Source: Octopus sinensis (taxonomy: Eukaryota). Taken from it: a stretch of 64,000 nt of DNA. Positions 51,411 through 64,000 of the stretch are shown here, piece after piece; position 1 is the first letter of the stretch, and every line of letters begins with the position of its first letter. The notes beneath the pieces were generated by a model, which did no database searches, had not been told where the DNA came from, and saw nothing but the letters and a program-made list of their open reading frames with translations. The stretch covers positions 16,678,001-16,742,000 of the forward strand of contig NC_043003.1 of assembly GCF_006345805.1 (NCBI RefSeq), in the 5' to 3' direction. The translations under genes were made by a program, and so were the position numbers.

Positions 51411-52099
51411 ATCCAAAGTTTCTCGTTGGCCTCAATCACTCGACTGAAGCCAACCCGTCCACATCCATTTGCCGCCTACCAAATCCACTCACAAGGCTTT
51501 AGTCGGCCTCAGGCTATAGTAGAAGACACTTGCCCAAGATGCCCCACAGTGGGACTGAACCCGAATCCATGGGGTTGGGAAGCAAGCTTCTTGTCACACT
51601 CCAACGATTTGAGATGAAACAGGCTAACATTTCCAACTGATGGATCAGAGATACGTATCTCAGAACACTAGCATTTGTGAGCCATTCAGTTAATATTAGT
51701 TAATGCATAAAGAATTATGAATTAAAGAACTTACGTATTGAGTGCTATAATTTATCGCTTCATTGTGAGTCAAGGAAAATTAAAATAGTTCCTTTGCTAA
51801 AAGTAGTGCTTTGTACGAAGACATAAATATCATTGATTATAGAAAGGCACCAGTTTTTTTTTTTTTAAGATCACAATTCACTCGAGGAAATATACGAAAT
51901 GAGGCGGCATGCGCATTTATTCGAACAACGAGCAGCCTGGACGATATATAAAGACGATAAATTTGGTCTCGGAATATACAAAATATCCCCTGTATAACAA
52001 AGAATTAAAAAGTTGCGAAAAAATTTGAAGTCTGCATGCAAATAAGCTAAGCTGCATGTTTTCTCAAGGAATTTTGCTAGTAGAACAATAAAACAAGCA

Positions 52100-53450
52100 T
52101 GGGTGGGGAATTTTGCAGAGGTGATGAGAACTCCATAATGGGTTGCCCTTACCCATATCTGTCAAATTATCATTATTGCTCCGGGAAGCTTTCTGTGAGA
52201 TGTAAGGCAAATCGTGAGTACAGATATTAACACTTTACTTTGATATCTTCTCTCTCATTCCAATAAGTCTTTATACATTTTTTGTACAAATCCGGAGAAA
52301 CTCTGTGATAGTCAGATTCTAGTTTCTGTTGGAGTATGCCGCACCCTACCCAATCACAGTTGTCTCTTTTGCCATCAGAATAACGGAATTAGTGCAAACC
52401 AACAAAGCACTCAGGAATTACACTATGCTACTGCCTATGTTACAGATTTATTAATTTAGATGCCAAAGAATTAGCAGCAAAGCTAAAGTTAGATGACATC
52501 TCAATCCTCTTTTGCAATACTTAAAGACCATAAATTACAATTTGAGTGTAACTAATTGCTGATTAATTGATTAACTCAGCAAAGCCAGAGTTTGGTATAG
52601 TTAGGAAAATAGCATTAAGAAAATTATTTTCAGATTAATAGCAGTATCCTCCCTAAAACCATGACACGTTATTTCAGAAGTACTCGAATAGTCTTGCAGA
52701 ATAAATGAGAAGAAAAACCGTAGATTCACGCAATACTATATAGCAGATATTTATCCTTCAACAATCAAGCCTTCTTAATGAAGTCCCACAATAATGTGGC
52801 AGCAATTACTGATACTAGTATGACTCAATGATTATGAATACAAGGAAGTCACTGTTTTTCGACTACGAAAAGAAGTGAATTGTTCAATGTATCTATGGTA
52901 GCATATCACAGTTATCAGGTGAGTGGAAGAACGGAGCAATATATTTTAGATATATTGAGGAAGAAATTTTCTGAAATGGATTGTAGTCTATATCGTGATC
53001 ATGGCCTAATTTTATCGAGAAATTGTAACGGCAATGAGTTGCATTAGATTTAGAAAAAATCTGACTAAAGCATAACTGTAGATACTGATCTTATCGCCGT
53101 TGATAATAATTTTAGACCATACCATTAACCGAATGAGAAATTAATAAACACAGGCAAAATTACACGCCCAGCATCATAAGGAAACTATGTTAGTAAATAG
53201 TTTTCTTTGATAACTTCCAATGAACATTCTTTCAAGATATTATGAAACACTAAGAAATAGTGGATTCTCTGAGAAAATACATAAAAGACACTGAGAGCAA
53301 AAAGCATAGGAGAGGAATAAACATGGGAAAAGGAATATTCCAGAATTTAATTTAGTAGAAAGAACTAATATAGTTAGAGAATTAATAGATTACCACTTTC
53401 CACCGGAACCTAATATGATAAATCGGAGCTGTTAAGGTTAGGGTTATTAG
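52100..53450 (+). pseudogene. Highly decayed PLE reverse transcriptase
   Basis: Degenerate LFNVSM(G)SY..., YILDIL..KFSEMDCSLYRD(H)GL, resembling the GLYRDDGL motif of PLE RTs. Confidence 0.5.
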
Positions 53451-55299
53451 GCTCATTGCAGTTTAGTAGAAATTCATAGTTGGACTGCTAGGGCCCCTAG
53501 AATGGGTCTAGATATAACCCACCTATTTTCCTTTAACGGCTAAGGGGAAATAACCTATTCGTTTTTCTTTTTTCTCTATTTTGCCCACTGGCCATTTCTC
53601 CCTACATTTATTAGAGAAGCAATATCATTAGAATGACCGATTGCCAGTGGTTACGTTGTATAAATACGTGTGCGTTCTACATTGCGTGGACTTTCTTACA
53701 AGAAATTGTCAGACAAGGTCAGTGATTTTACTTTCCAGCACTTGTCCTATGTCAATTTATAAATTTAACGACATCTCATAGACCTACCTAAGATGTTTCA
53801 TTTAAAACAACTTTCAGTAAAATCTGACCATGGGTTATGGGGATATCAATGCCACAGCTTATTTACAAATTTTACCATTAACGTGCTGTTTCCATAGCAA
53901 CCGTAAAAAATATTTTTCATATATTTTATTTGGTATAAATCAAGTTGAGCATGTTTATTTCTTATTAGGGTTATTTTCGCACTTTACCCAGAACAACATT
54001 TAAACAAGTAAATAGTACTTTCCTCAACAATAGATCCACTTATTTCGGTTAGTGACTTATTCACGAATATACCATGAATGACAATGCCTTTTATGTCACT
54101 TCAGCCATTTGACAGGCGCTGCATTAAGAACTGTTCTGCTTTTAGACAAATGCCCTGTCATCGCAAAGGTCATTCCTTATTTACATGTAGGAACACAAGA
54201 ACACCTTATTGATAGATGTGTTAACGTTTTGTAACGATGTACTCTATGTAACGACCAACCACACAATCAGACAGAAATTGCTATTTAGATTCAAAAACAT
54301 TGCAATCTGCACACTTCTCATAGAGTTCCCACGCTGTTTACACGTAGGAACATCTTAAATTATATTGATAGTTGTGTTGATGTTTTCTTAAGATGTACCC
54401 TTTGCTTTTCTTTAACGACCAGTGGGGAATAACCCATTTAAAATCCTTTTTCTTTTCCGCCTGCTGGTCATCTGCACTTATCATAAAGGTCACACATTAA
54501 ATCCCTTTTCAGGGCTACTTTATTTGAATTGTTACTATCGAGTAACTAATTTGCATGTTATTACGTAACTGATTTCACGAGTTTGGTATTCATCACTTAT
54601 TGGGATTTCCTAAAAGCAAGATCCTATGTTAGACGGTTCGGTATTCTCTGTAAATGCACAAAAACCGTTTTAAGGGCTATATACTTTGTATTGTTGCTAT
54701 TGGATTAGCGAATCGATTATGAGAATGAGATCAAGGGATTGGCCCTGCTTTTCCGGGAATTACAGGGTACGTCAGCTTGTAGATGCAAAGCGACAGTCTC
54801 GAAGACGTCAAAATGAAAAGGAGAACCTCATTGCATAAAGGAGAGATATCCAAAGACAGAGAGAAACACAGAAGCGCGAAGATGAAACAGAACATTCTTC
54901 CCCACTCACACGTTTTTATCTCTCTCTTTCTCTCTATAATATCTATGGCTTCTTAACTACTATACCAGCATAAAAAAAACTATTATGTATCATATTAGCA
55001 CGCGTACAAATATATTAAATGTGTTTATTTATATATATGGTAAAAACAGTTTTTAAAGGAAAGCTTGCATTTAAGAAAGCACACACATCTGAGTTTGTCG
55101 TAGGTTAACCTACACGTCGAGATATGACTTCCTTTTGGAAATCCTCGCTGAAGAAATACCCAATTGACTGGTTTCAAATATGGAACTTGCATTAAAGTAT
55201 TTTATTTCTGTGACTGAAATGATTGGGCGTGGAAACAGCTGTAGGCAGGAATTTTTTTGCATGAATTGGAATATCTTTAAATAAATGACGTCTGTACGT

Positions 55300-56430
55300 A
55301 AAAATTTTCTATTTTCTCCCTTTTCTCGAATCCCAGTGCAAAACGATGCGACAGTTTTTTCTGAATCGAGGGTATCCTCCATCAGTTGTCGATCCGGCAC
55401 TCTACCGAGCCCGAGCCATCAACCGCAGCTCTCCTACCGTTTTCATGCACTTCCACCGATCGTATTCCACTCTCTCTCTCACCTACCACTCGTCCATCCT
55501 CCCTCTAAAATACAAACTCACCGACGACTTTCGCATTCTTCTTCCTGACCCAACAACCGCCCCCATCTTTCCCACACCGCCTCACCTGTCTTTTAAAAAA
55601 GATAGGAGTCTTAGAAATTTTGCTAGAAGCTTCACAGCTCTCAGCTCCGCACGACCAGAAACCTTTAAATGCTCTCGCCAACGATATAACACATACCCCT
55701 ACATCAACAATATTACCTCTATCACGGGCCCAAGAAGCAATATCATATAACACACTACTTCTGTTACACTTTACCGAATCTCATATACTGCATCATATGC
55801 AAACTCTACGGTGCTCTTTACATTAGAGAAACAGGGTGACGCCTTGGGGATCGTTTTCACGAACACATCAGAAGCATAATACTACGACTGCCAGGGCCAA
55901 ATTGGCGCTACCCACTTCAACACTGTGAATCATTCTATTGCAGATTTATCAGTGTGTGGCATGGCCTTGCACCACGGATCCCCTTCTCTAGGAAACGAAA
56001 AGAGCAACGTCTTGTATTTGATCTTGGCACGATGTGCCCGACAGGTATGAATGAACATTTTTCTTGTCATCCTTTCACCTCCTCTTAATACTTTTTACCC
56101 TTTCTAATTCTCCTTCCACACTCTCTCTCTCTGCAACATTCCAGTATTTGCTTACATCTACTCTCTCTATCACTCTTTTCCTCCTCCTTCTTTTTGCACG
56201 CCCTCTCCTATAACCTCTGTTTCACGTTTGCAGACCGTGTTAGTCTGCGTCTATTATCAGTTACAGCCAGTTTTTCAAGCTGAGAGGATGTAACACGCTG
56301 TCTTTCTTCAACTTCTCTTTTTCTCCACCCCTGACGAAGGATTGCATCCGAAACGTTGGATATTCTACTCCCCACGGCAAGTTCACTGTACCCCTTTCAC
56401 TGCTTCCTCTATTTTAATAAAAGTTCAAGT
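55300..56430 (+). mobile_element. PLE 3' part (RT thumb, GIY-YIG, pseudo-LTR with HHR-like motif at 56329-56360)
   Basis: FFLNRGYPPSVV, LTYH, SFKKDRSLRN, LIYCIIC..LYIRETG.RLGDRFHEH; CTGACGA-a-ggat/atcc-GAAACGTT. Confidence 0.8.
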
Positions 56431-57361
56431 GTGCAGCCTAACATGAGAAACAAAATAAATAGCCAGTACATCCAATACTACTCATAGCAAGCAAGCGGAA
56501 TGAAACTGCCACCGTCTACTAAATTCAAACAAGGCAGATGGATGTGTTAGCAACGAAGTCGAAGGTTTTTTAACTAACGGGAACAGTAACTGAATATCAC
56601 CCGAAGAAATACAACTGGATCCCATTATGCAGGTAAACCGGTGTATAATCAAATTCTTGTATACATGAAGTACTATGCTGTATGGAAACACGTGTAGTGA
56701 TTAAAAATAACAGTTCAACCGTACTCCTTGTCTATTCTATCTTTTTCAATTATATGTAATATATATATATATATGCAGTATTTTTATATATAACAAACAT
56801 AATTTGGAAAATTAGAAACTTATGTCCTAGATTATCCACATCTGTGTTGTACATTTATTTAATGTTCTTCCTACAGGTAAGGTGAATTTTTTTATGTTCG
56901 CCGCCTGTAAACATTTTTGCCAGTATATATACACAGTAAAACTTTACTCTAGCGTCGTATATTATCGACTGCTATTTCCAGTAAATATTGGTGCATTTGT
57001 TGTACCACTATCCTATTGTGATATAGGTTACACTGGTAGTATATTTATGCAATGGAGAAAATATATTGTAAGAATTGTCTTAAAGGTATACCCAGACCTT
57101 CACGTAAGGAATATTATTATATTGTCTATTATATCATAATAGACAAAAACTAATTTCTTTATACATAGATTGAGATGGAGAGCATTTCACTTTGATCATG
57201 AATCAAATGATGATGTACAAGATCAACTCAAAGAAGTCAAGATATTCCGTACGAGGAGAATTGCGCCATTTAATCTACTTCTTGCTGATTTTGAAAAGAA
57301 CCTCTGGGAAATGATTCGTGATATAACGTCATAACTTAAAATTGAATAGAAGATCTGAAAA

Positions 57362-57407
57362 CCACCTGATGAATGTCCTTAGAAGAGACACGAAACAATT
57401 GTAGTGG
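57362..57407 (+). ncRNA. Minimal type-I hammerhead ribozyme
   Basis: ccac CTGATGA a tgtc..gaca c GAAAC AATT GTA gtgg. Confidence 0.75.
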
Positions 57408-57429
57408 CTAATTTAATTTATTTGAATAT

Positions 57430-58005
57430 TATTTAAATACCAACGGCTACCCTATATCCATTGTAAATCGGCTTAAGTACCCAAGACGACAAACACGCCG
57501 AACATACAGAAAACTCAGCAACACATGTTTCTTTAAAATACCCCATTTTAGCGAAAGGATAACTACAGCTATCCGAAGAGCCTTAAGAAGAGAAGGACTG
57601 GACATACAACTAGCCCACTCCGGCCCCGCTCTCAGAAGAGACCTTGCAAAGAAACGAGCAAGGAACAACAATCAATGCACACCAACAAACTGTCCCATCC
57701 GTGACACAGATTTATGCCAACGGGTAAATGTTGTGTATAGAATATAATGTAAGAAATGCAACAAGTTCTATGTGGGTAGCACAACAAGACTGTTACATAT
57801 TCGTATCAAAAACATCTGAGCGCGAGAACATCCTCCTTCAGAAAATATCTAGACAGGTGCCGGAACACCGACAAAAGCATAACAGTCGCAACTGAGGCCA
57901 ATGAAAGAAATTTGGGTAATCTAAGAATTAAGGAAGCTATAATCTTAAACAGACTAGGGCCCCAAATTAACAAGAAGCATGAAGTTGGCAATCAGTATAT
58001 TATTT
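57430..58005 (+). mobile_element. PLE GIY-YIG fragment
   Basis: LKIPHFSERITTAIRRAL; NVVYRI*CKKCNKFYVGSTTRLLHIRIK. Confidence 0.75.
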
Positions 58006-58423
58006 AGCTGCATCTGGATGTGTGTAGGTTCATTTTTGATAACATGCTCATGTATTAAATAAAAAAGAGAAGAAAAAAGAAGCTGCACGTATAATACATA
58101 ACTTAGAAGCAGCGCTGCGGTGTGCTAACACACACGAGCTTCAGTCATGGCAGTCCTCACGCACTTCTCATGAGGAATTCCGGAAGGAGATTCGTGAGAC
58201 CATTGCAGAGACGCTTCCGGGAAAAAAATTCAGTAACCGTTGGAAAACGGATTATAGCAAAAACAGAGAGACTATGTCGGAGAAGCCAACCGGATGTATA
58301 TATATATATTGCATTATTATTTTCATTGAAACGTCTTCACTGTTATCGTTCTGTTAACGTTTTGGCGTTCATACGAGTGTACTGGCATAGATGTGGCAAC
58401 ATATGAAATATTGTCCAGGTATA

Positions 58424-58492
58424 TGCAGCTGATGAAGACAAATCAAATCTACGTTGTCAAACGTATTTGAAGAGTCTGAAACCGGTCCTGCA
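58424..58492 (+). ncRNA. Type-I hammerhead ribozyme, GUC site
   Basis: tgcag CTGATGA agac..gtct GAAAC CG GTC ctgca: 5-bp stem I, palindromic ACCGGT stem III. Confidence 0.8.
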
Positions 58493-59003
58493 TTATCCGA
58501 TTCTAGGTTTTCCATTTTTCAGATGTTCTTCCTAGAGGTAAGACAAATTGTTTTCATGTTTGTTGCACACACGCGTCTTTGCTAGTATATACGCAGTGAA
58601 GCTATACAATAGCGTCGTATTTATTACGATTGCTATTTCCCAGTAAATATCGGTGCCTTGTTGTACCATTTATTTACTTTTATATGTATAATTTTACCCT
58701 TACGGGCTATCTTTTACTGGAAAGCAATACTTTCGTATTGCATTATTATTTTCATTGAAACTTCTTCACTGTTATCGTTCTGTTAACGTTTTGGCGTTCA
58801 GACGAGTGTAATGGCATAGATGTAGCAACATTTGAAATATTTTCCAGGTATATGCAGCTGATGAAAACAAATCAAATCTACGTTGTCAATGTTTACGTGT
58901 TTACTATGAAATTTTAATCTTATTTTATATAAGTAGCAGAATTATAACACAGTAATTCCCCTTTATATAACGGTATTTTTTCATAGCGTTTTTTCAGATG
59001 GCC

Positions 59004-59066
59004 AGATAACCGAAGAGATGATGTTGTGGATTTCCACTTCGGCATCTGAAACTCAGAGTTTTATCT
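59004..59066 (+). ncRNA. Degenerate or variant hammerhead (U4C)
   Basis: agataa CCGAAGA gatg..catc t GAAAC tcaga GTT ttatct (6-bp stem I). Confidence 0.5.
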
Positions 59067-59129
59067 TGACTATTGAGTAATTGTGACATATTATTTTATA
59101 TATAATATATATATATATAATTATTTAAA

Positions 59130-59194
59130 CCACCTGATGAATGACTGCGACTCAAAAATTTGAAGAAGTTAGCAGGCATGAAACGATCGTAGTG
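59130..59194 (+). ncRNA. Type-I hammerhead ribozyme
   Basis: ccac CTGATGA atgactgc..gcaggcat GAAAC GATC GTA gtg. Confidence 0.75.
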
Positions 59195-59358
59195 TGATAT
59201 TAATTATATTTTTTTAATAATTTTGTTATATTTAAATAATATAAATTAAATAATCTTATGTATTGGCTTAAGTTTTTCATTGTTTGATTTGCCTAATAGT
59301 GATTTTGTCTCTAATTTAATATAATATATAAATTGAAACTGATTTGAAAATCGGAAAT

Positions 59359-59401
59359 CCACCTGAAGATTGTCATTGAGGACATGAAACAATTGTAGTG
59401 G
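59359..59401 (+). ncRNA. Minimal type-I hammerhead ribozyme
   Basis: ccac CTGAAGA t tgtc-attgag-gaca t GAAAC AATT GTA gtgg. Confidence 0.75.
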
Positions 59402-59509
59402 CGGTTTTTTAAACTTTTTATTAAAATTTTATGTATTGATTAAGTCTTTCCTTGTTTGTTTTACAAAATAGTGGTTTTGTCTCTAATTAATATTATATAT
59501 ATATAAAGG

Positions 59510-59820
59510 GTAAAGACCCCCTTCAGTCATGAGTGACCATGGGTTTGCACCTAGAGAGTTACCCTCTGAGGCACAAGTCTGGGCAAGGTTGTTTTATGGA
59601 AGACCAGTAGTCGCCCATGCATACCGGCCTCCCCTCTCCACGCCACCAGTGTTATCCAAGGGAAAGACAAAGGTCGATACAGCTTGGCACCTGTGACGTC
59701 GCAACTCATTTCTACAGCTGAGTGAACTGGAGCAACGTGAAATAAAGTGTCTTGCTCAAGAACACAACACGCAGCCCGGTCCGGGATTCGAGCTCACAAC
59801 CTCACGATCGTAAGCTCGAC
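59510..59820 (-). mobile_element. tRNA-derived SINE-D
   Basis: Minus strand: partial tRNA head (gtgagctcgaatccc), central tgtgttcttgagcaagacacttt..ctcagctgt domain resembling conserved metazoan SINE cores, distinct tail. Confidence 0.75.
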
Positions 59821-60591
59821 ATATATATATATATATATATATATAATAATAATAAATATTAGGGAGTGTAGTATTATGGGTTTGTTATGAACATCAGTCT
59901 TAGTTTGAGATGTGGGGGTGTGGGAAATAGTTTATAGTGTGGGGGTATTGCTATATAGATGTATTGTGTATTTAATAATTGGTGGTTTTAGTCATTTAAT
60001 TTTTTATGTGGGTTTCATTTATCATGGTTATTTTTTAATGAATATTATATCTGTGTCTATATGTATATGTGTATGTATAGATATATATATGTGTATGTGG
60101 ATTTGTGTACGTATTTAATATTAATTTATGGCTTATATGGGTATAACCTGATACGGGTTGAATTGGATGAATGGGAGCCACATGTTGTTGAATGCATAGG
60201 GGTGGATTTGGATGGTTGTCCCCTACATATTGTGAATGTTTCCAATCCCCTTGTATTATAGTTTGGGAATGGTGATCATGGCAGATTTATTTATGCTGGG
60301 TGGGATTGTGATGTAGCCATATATACGTATATATAGATGTATGGGAGGGTGTCCGTGAATATGCACGTGCATGTGCGTGTGTGCACGTGTGCGCGTGTAC
60401 AAGTGCATGTGTAGATGCGGGTGTGCATGCGTGCATATGTACATGCGTGTGCTTGTGCATGCACATGTATACATGCATGCTTGCATGTGCGCGCGATTGC
60501 ACCCGTATACGTGTACACACTCATACATACATATAATAATATATTTATTTATTTTTGTGGTTGTGTGTTTATATATATGTGTATTTGATGA

Positions 60592-60648
<57 letters not shown>

Positions 60649-62239
60649 GGATGTATATGTATTTATTTATTTATTTGTATGGGTGTGGGTGTGAATATAT
60701 TGGTGTATATATCGAGTATTGTACGTATGTATATGTATGTGTGAGTGTGTATATGTATATGGGTGTGGGTGTGTGTAAATATGAGTGTGTATATGTGTGT
60801 GAATGTATAAATGGGGGATTGCTATATAGGTTTGTTCTTGTGTATCTGGTAATGGGTGGTTTTGATCATTATATTTGTTTTGTTTGGGTTTCGTTTATCA
60901 TGCTTGTTTTATTAAAGAATATTTTAGTAAATTCATTCTATTTACGATGATAAACATATTATTCCATTCATAATCTTTAAATAACGTTGGTTCATCACGC
61001 GCAAAGAATTTATTAAATATTTATTCTATTTCTGTTGATAACGTAATTTCTTAAACGCTGTAAGACGTTTGTCATTCAAATTTACTTCATAGTTTAAAAC
61101 TTGCAAAGAAGGTACGTATATTTTAAGATCTCCAAATTGTAATTTTTAATATGTATAAGCATTTGAATAATAATATTCTCCTTATGTTAATCTTGTTGTT
61201 TATGTAGTGATCTATTTATCGTATTTTTCTATGTTATTAGTTATTAAATAATTTAGACAAACTTTGATAAATAGATAGGTTTCGATTTAAAATGGTTCAG
61301 GCTATGTTTAATAATAGAATAATTTTATATAAGATAATATTCCCATTCATAAATTTGTTTATAGTAATTATAGTATTTTTTAATAATATATTACTAAGTA
61401 AGGAATATTCCTATAAGTATGTAGCTGAGTATCTGTGTCTACTGGATTTGTTCCTCCTCTGTGTTAGAGTATTGCAGTGTGAATACGTTTATGTATGAAT
61501 GATTGTATGTGTGTGTGTGTGAGTATGCATTATTAATGTGTAGAAATATTGTCTTTATGTATTTGTGTATGTATAAATTTATACGTGTGTGTGTGTTTGT
61601 TTACGTATTTGTATATGTTTATTACATGCATATAGTATATAGAATATATATGTGTGTGTGTTTGTTCACGTATTTATATATGTTTATTACATATATATAG
61701 TATATAGTATATAATAATATTTTACTAAGAATGAAATATTTCTATAAGTTTGTGGTTGAGTATCTGCGGTTACTGGATGTTATATTTCCTCTGTGTTAAT
61801 ATCATGCTGAGAGAATATGTTTATGAATGAGTGATTGTATGTGTGTGTGTGGGAGTATGAATAAGTAATGTGTAGAAGTATACGGCTACATTATAAATTT
61901 ATCTTTGTCTATATGTTTATGTGTATGTATAGATATATATATGTGTATGTGAGTTTGTGTATGTATTTAGATATGTTTATATACATACATGGATATATGT
62001 GCATGAGCATGTGTGTATATATATTTTTTTATTTTTTTTATTTTTTGTCTTTTGAAATTAGCTATTTCATCTTTAAATATGAGAATTTAAATATACTAGG
62101 TTTCATTATATACAATCGTTTATAGAGGTTATTTTAGTTCTTGATTATATATATTTTCATTGATAATTATATATTTTATATATATTACTCATTTCAAATT
62201 TATATCTTAAAAATATTGATTATATTTTAGGTCTTGAAA

Positions 62240-62285
62240 CCACCTGATGAATGTCCATAGAAGTGACAAGAAACGATCGTAGTGG
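62240..62285 (+). ncRNA. Minimal type-I hammerhead ribozyme
   Basis: ccac CTGATGA a tgtc..gaca a GAAAC GATC GTA gtgg. Confidence 0.75.
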
Positions 62286-62450
62286 ATATCTTAATTATAT
62301 TTAATTTATATAAAATTTTTTATGTATTGGATTGTCTTTCTTTGTTTGATTTGCATAATAGTGGTTTTGTCTCTAATTAATATATTTTTCATTGATAATT
62401 TTATTATTTTAAACTTATATTTTAATATATTGATATTTTAGATCGAAAAT

Positions 62451-62493
62451 CCACCTGACGAATGTCATTGAAGACATGAAGGGATTGTAGTGG
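62451..62493 (+). ncRNA. Mutated hammerhead (GAAAC changed to GAAGG)
   Basis: ccac CTGACGA atgtc-attgaa-gacat gaagg gatt GTA gtgg; same family as 48824. Confidence 0.55.
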
Positions 62494-62578
62494 CGGTTTA
62501 TTTCTTTATATTAAAAATTTTTATGTATTGATTAAGTCTTTCCTTATTTGTTTTGCAAAATAGTGGTTTTGTGTCGAA

Positions 62579-62650
<72 letters not shown>

Positions 62651-63224
62651 GTAGTCAGTTGAGGTGTGTTCAGTTTAGGACGTATAAGAGTACAAATAGA
62701 GCTAGTTCACTCTTAGGATTCCCAAGTAGCCGGTAGTATTCTTATGGCATGCTACCAATTCTAGTCGTAGGTTTTCTGCGTGTGTGAAAAAAAGTAAAAA
62801 GTAAAAAGTATGATATATCGGTGTGTAAGTGATTGTATAAGTATGAGCTAATGGATTAATGTATTTTACATAATGGTACAGTTTGGCCTGTGCAGAGTTA
62901 CATTTTGAAACTGAATAAACAGGCAACGTACACATTGCAGCTCATATCGAACGCGATAACACGCTTATACCGAGCGAATTGAAACCGTCAGTGTTTGTTA
63001 GTTTCAAAGAAGAAGCCATGGGTGTTGTAAATCTAAATTTACTTACGGAGACAGCAACTGAGTATCGCCTGAGGAGATACATATACATCTTCTTATACAG
63101 GTAAATCGTTACATAATTTAATTTAAACTTAACTTTGAATCCTGTATATACGAAGATCTGTTTGTATGGAAACATTTGTAGCGATTAAAAAGCTGCCTAA
63201 CCGTACTACATGTATGTTAAATTT

Positions 63225-63265
<41 letters not shown>

Positions 63266-63291
63266 TAAAACTCGCCAAGAAAAATTTTGAA

Positions 63292-63354
63292 ACACCTCAT
63301 GAATGACTGCGACCTAAAAATTTGATGACAGCAGCCAGGAAACGATGGTAGTGG
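63292..63354 (+). ncRNA. Mutated hammerhead (CUGA changed to CUCA)
   Basis: Homologue of 59130-59194 with the same downstream repeat. Confidence 0.5.
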
Positions 63355-63466
63355 ATATTAATTATATTTTTTAGTGATTGTTACATATTTAAATAATATA
63401 AATTAATTTATGTATTGGCTTAAGTCTTTCATTGTTTGATTTGCCTAATGGTGGTTTTGTCTCTAA

Positions 63467-63512
<46 letters not shown>

Positions 63513-64000
63513 AAATATTAGGGAATAAATCCAAATTTACAGGTAAAAATCAGATTTAGGATTAAATCCAATTTTATAGTAAAATATTATATAATAAAAT
63601 ATTAATTATAGTTTAATTTGGGAAATAATTTGTAAAACTAAATCATATACTATAGGAGCGAATTGTTGTTATTTATGCTCTAATGAGTTTAAAGAAATTT
63701 TATTTTATAAGTATGATAATTTACTTAATACAGGTGAAGAGCGCAAAATAAAATGCAGACATAGGTTACTTTACTTATATAATAAGTTTCATGATAAATA
63801 ACAATAATAGTTCCCTATTAAAGGTTACTTTAGTTTAACATTAAATTTAGTTTAGAGTATTATATATCTTTAGTTATGTAGTTTAGGCTTTAATTATAGT
63901 TAGTCTTTAATTGATATTTCTTTGTTTTAATTAGTTCATGTTTAATGTATATTAATATATAACAGTTTATGGTACGTTAAAACTTTAATTTATATTAGAT

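Noticed and set aside
53440-53465. TTAGGG-like telomeric seed
   Set aside because: A single unit; expected by chance.

Overview
This is AT-rich, microsatellite-dense eukaryotic DNA that looks intergenic or intronic. The SINE families and repeat landscape look like an octopus/coleoid cephalopod genome; that is inference from pattern recognition, not a database search. No host protein-coding gene can be called with confidence, and most ORFs in the track are microsatellite artefacts. The window is almost entirely mobile DNA: a near-full-length Tx1/L1-type LINE (2102-7436) plus a decayed relative, several tRNA-derived SINE families, R4/Dong-like restriction-endonuclease retroelement 3' ends in (AAT)n arrays, at least six Penelope-like element (PLE) remnants, and mariner/Tc1, hAT and Helitron-like pieces. 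Three systems stand out. (1) The Tx1 LINE sits inside a SINE ('SINE-B') with a 13-bp target-site duplication and shares its 3' tail with that SINE, and the SINE forms tandem arrays at the same 12-13 bp site. This suggests a LINE-SINE pair in which the SINE is both cargo and target. (2) About 14 minimal type-I hammerhead ribozyme (HHR) motifs are present, including pairs with ~207-nt spacing and a variant core with a compensatory U3-A8 pair. (3) An (AAT)n 'landing pad' holds five ~550-bp non-coding elements interleaved with R4/Dong-like ends. Family labels (SINE-A/B/C/D, element E) are my own working names. Most repeat boundaries are approximate.
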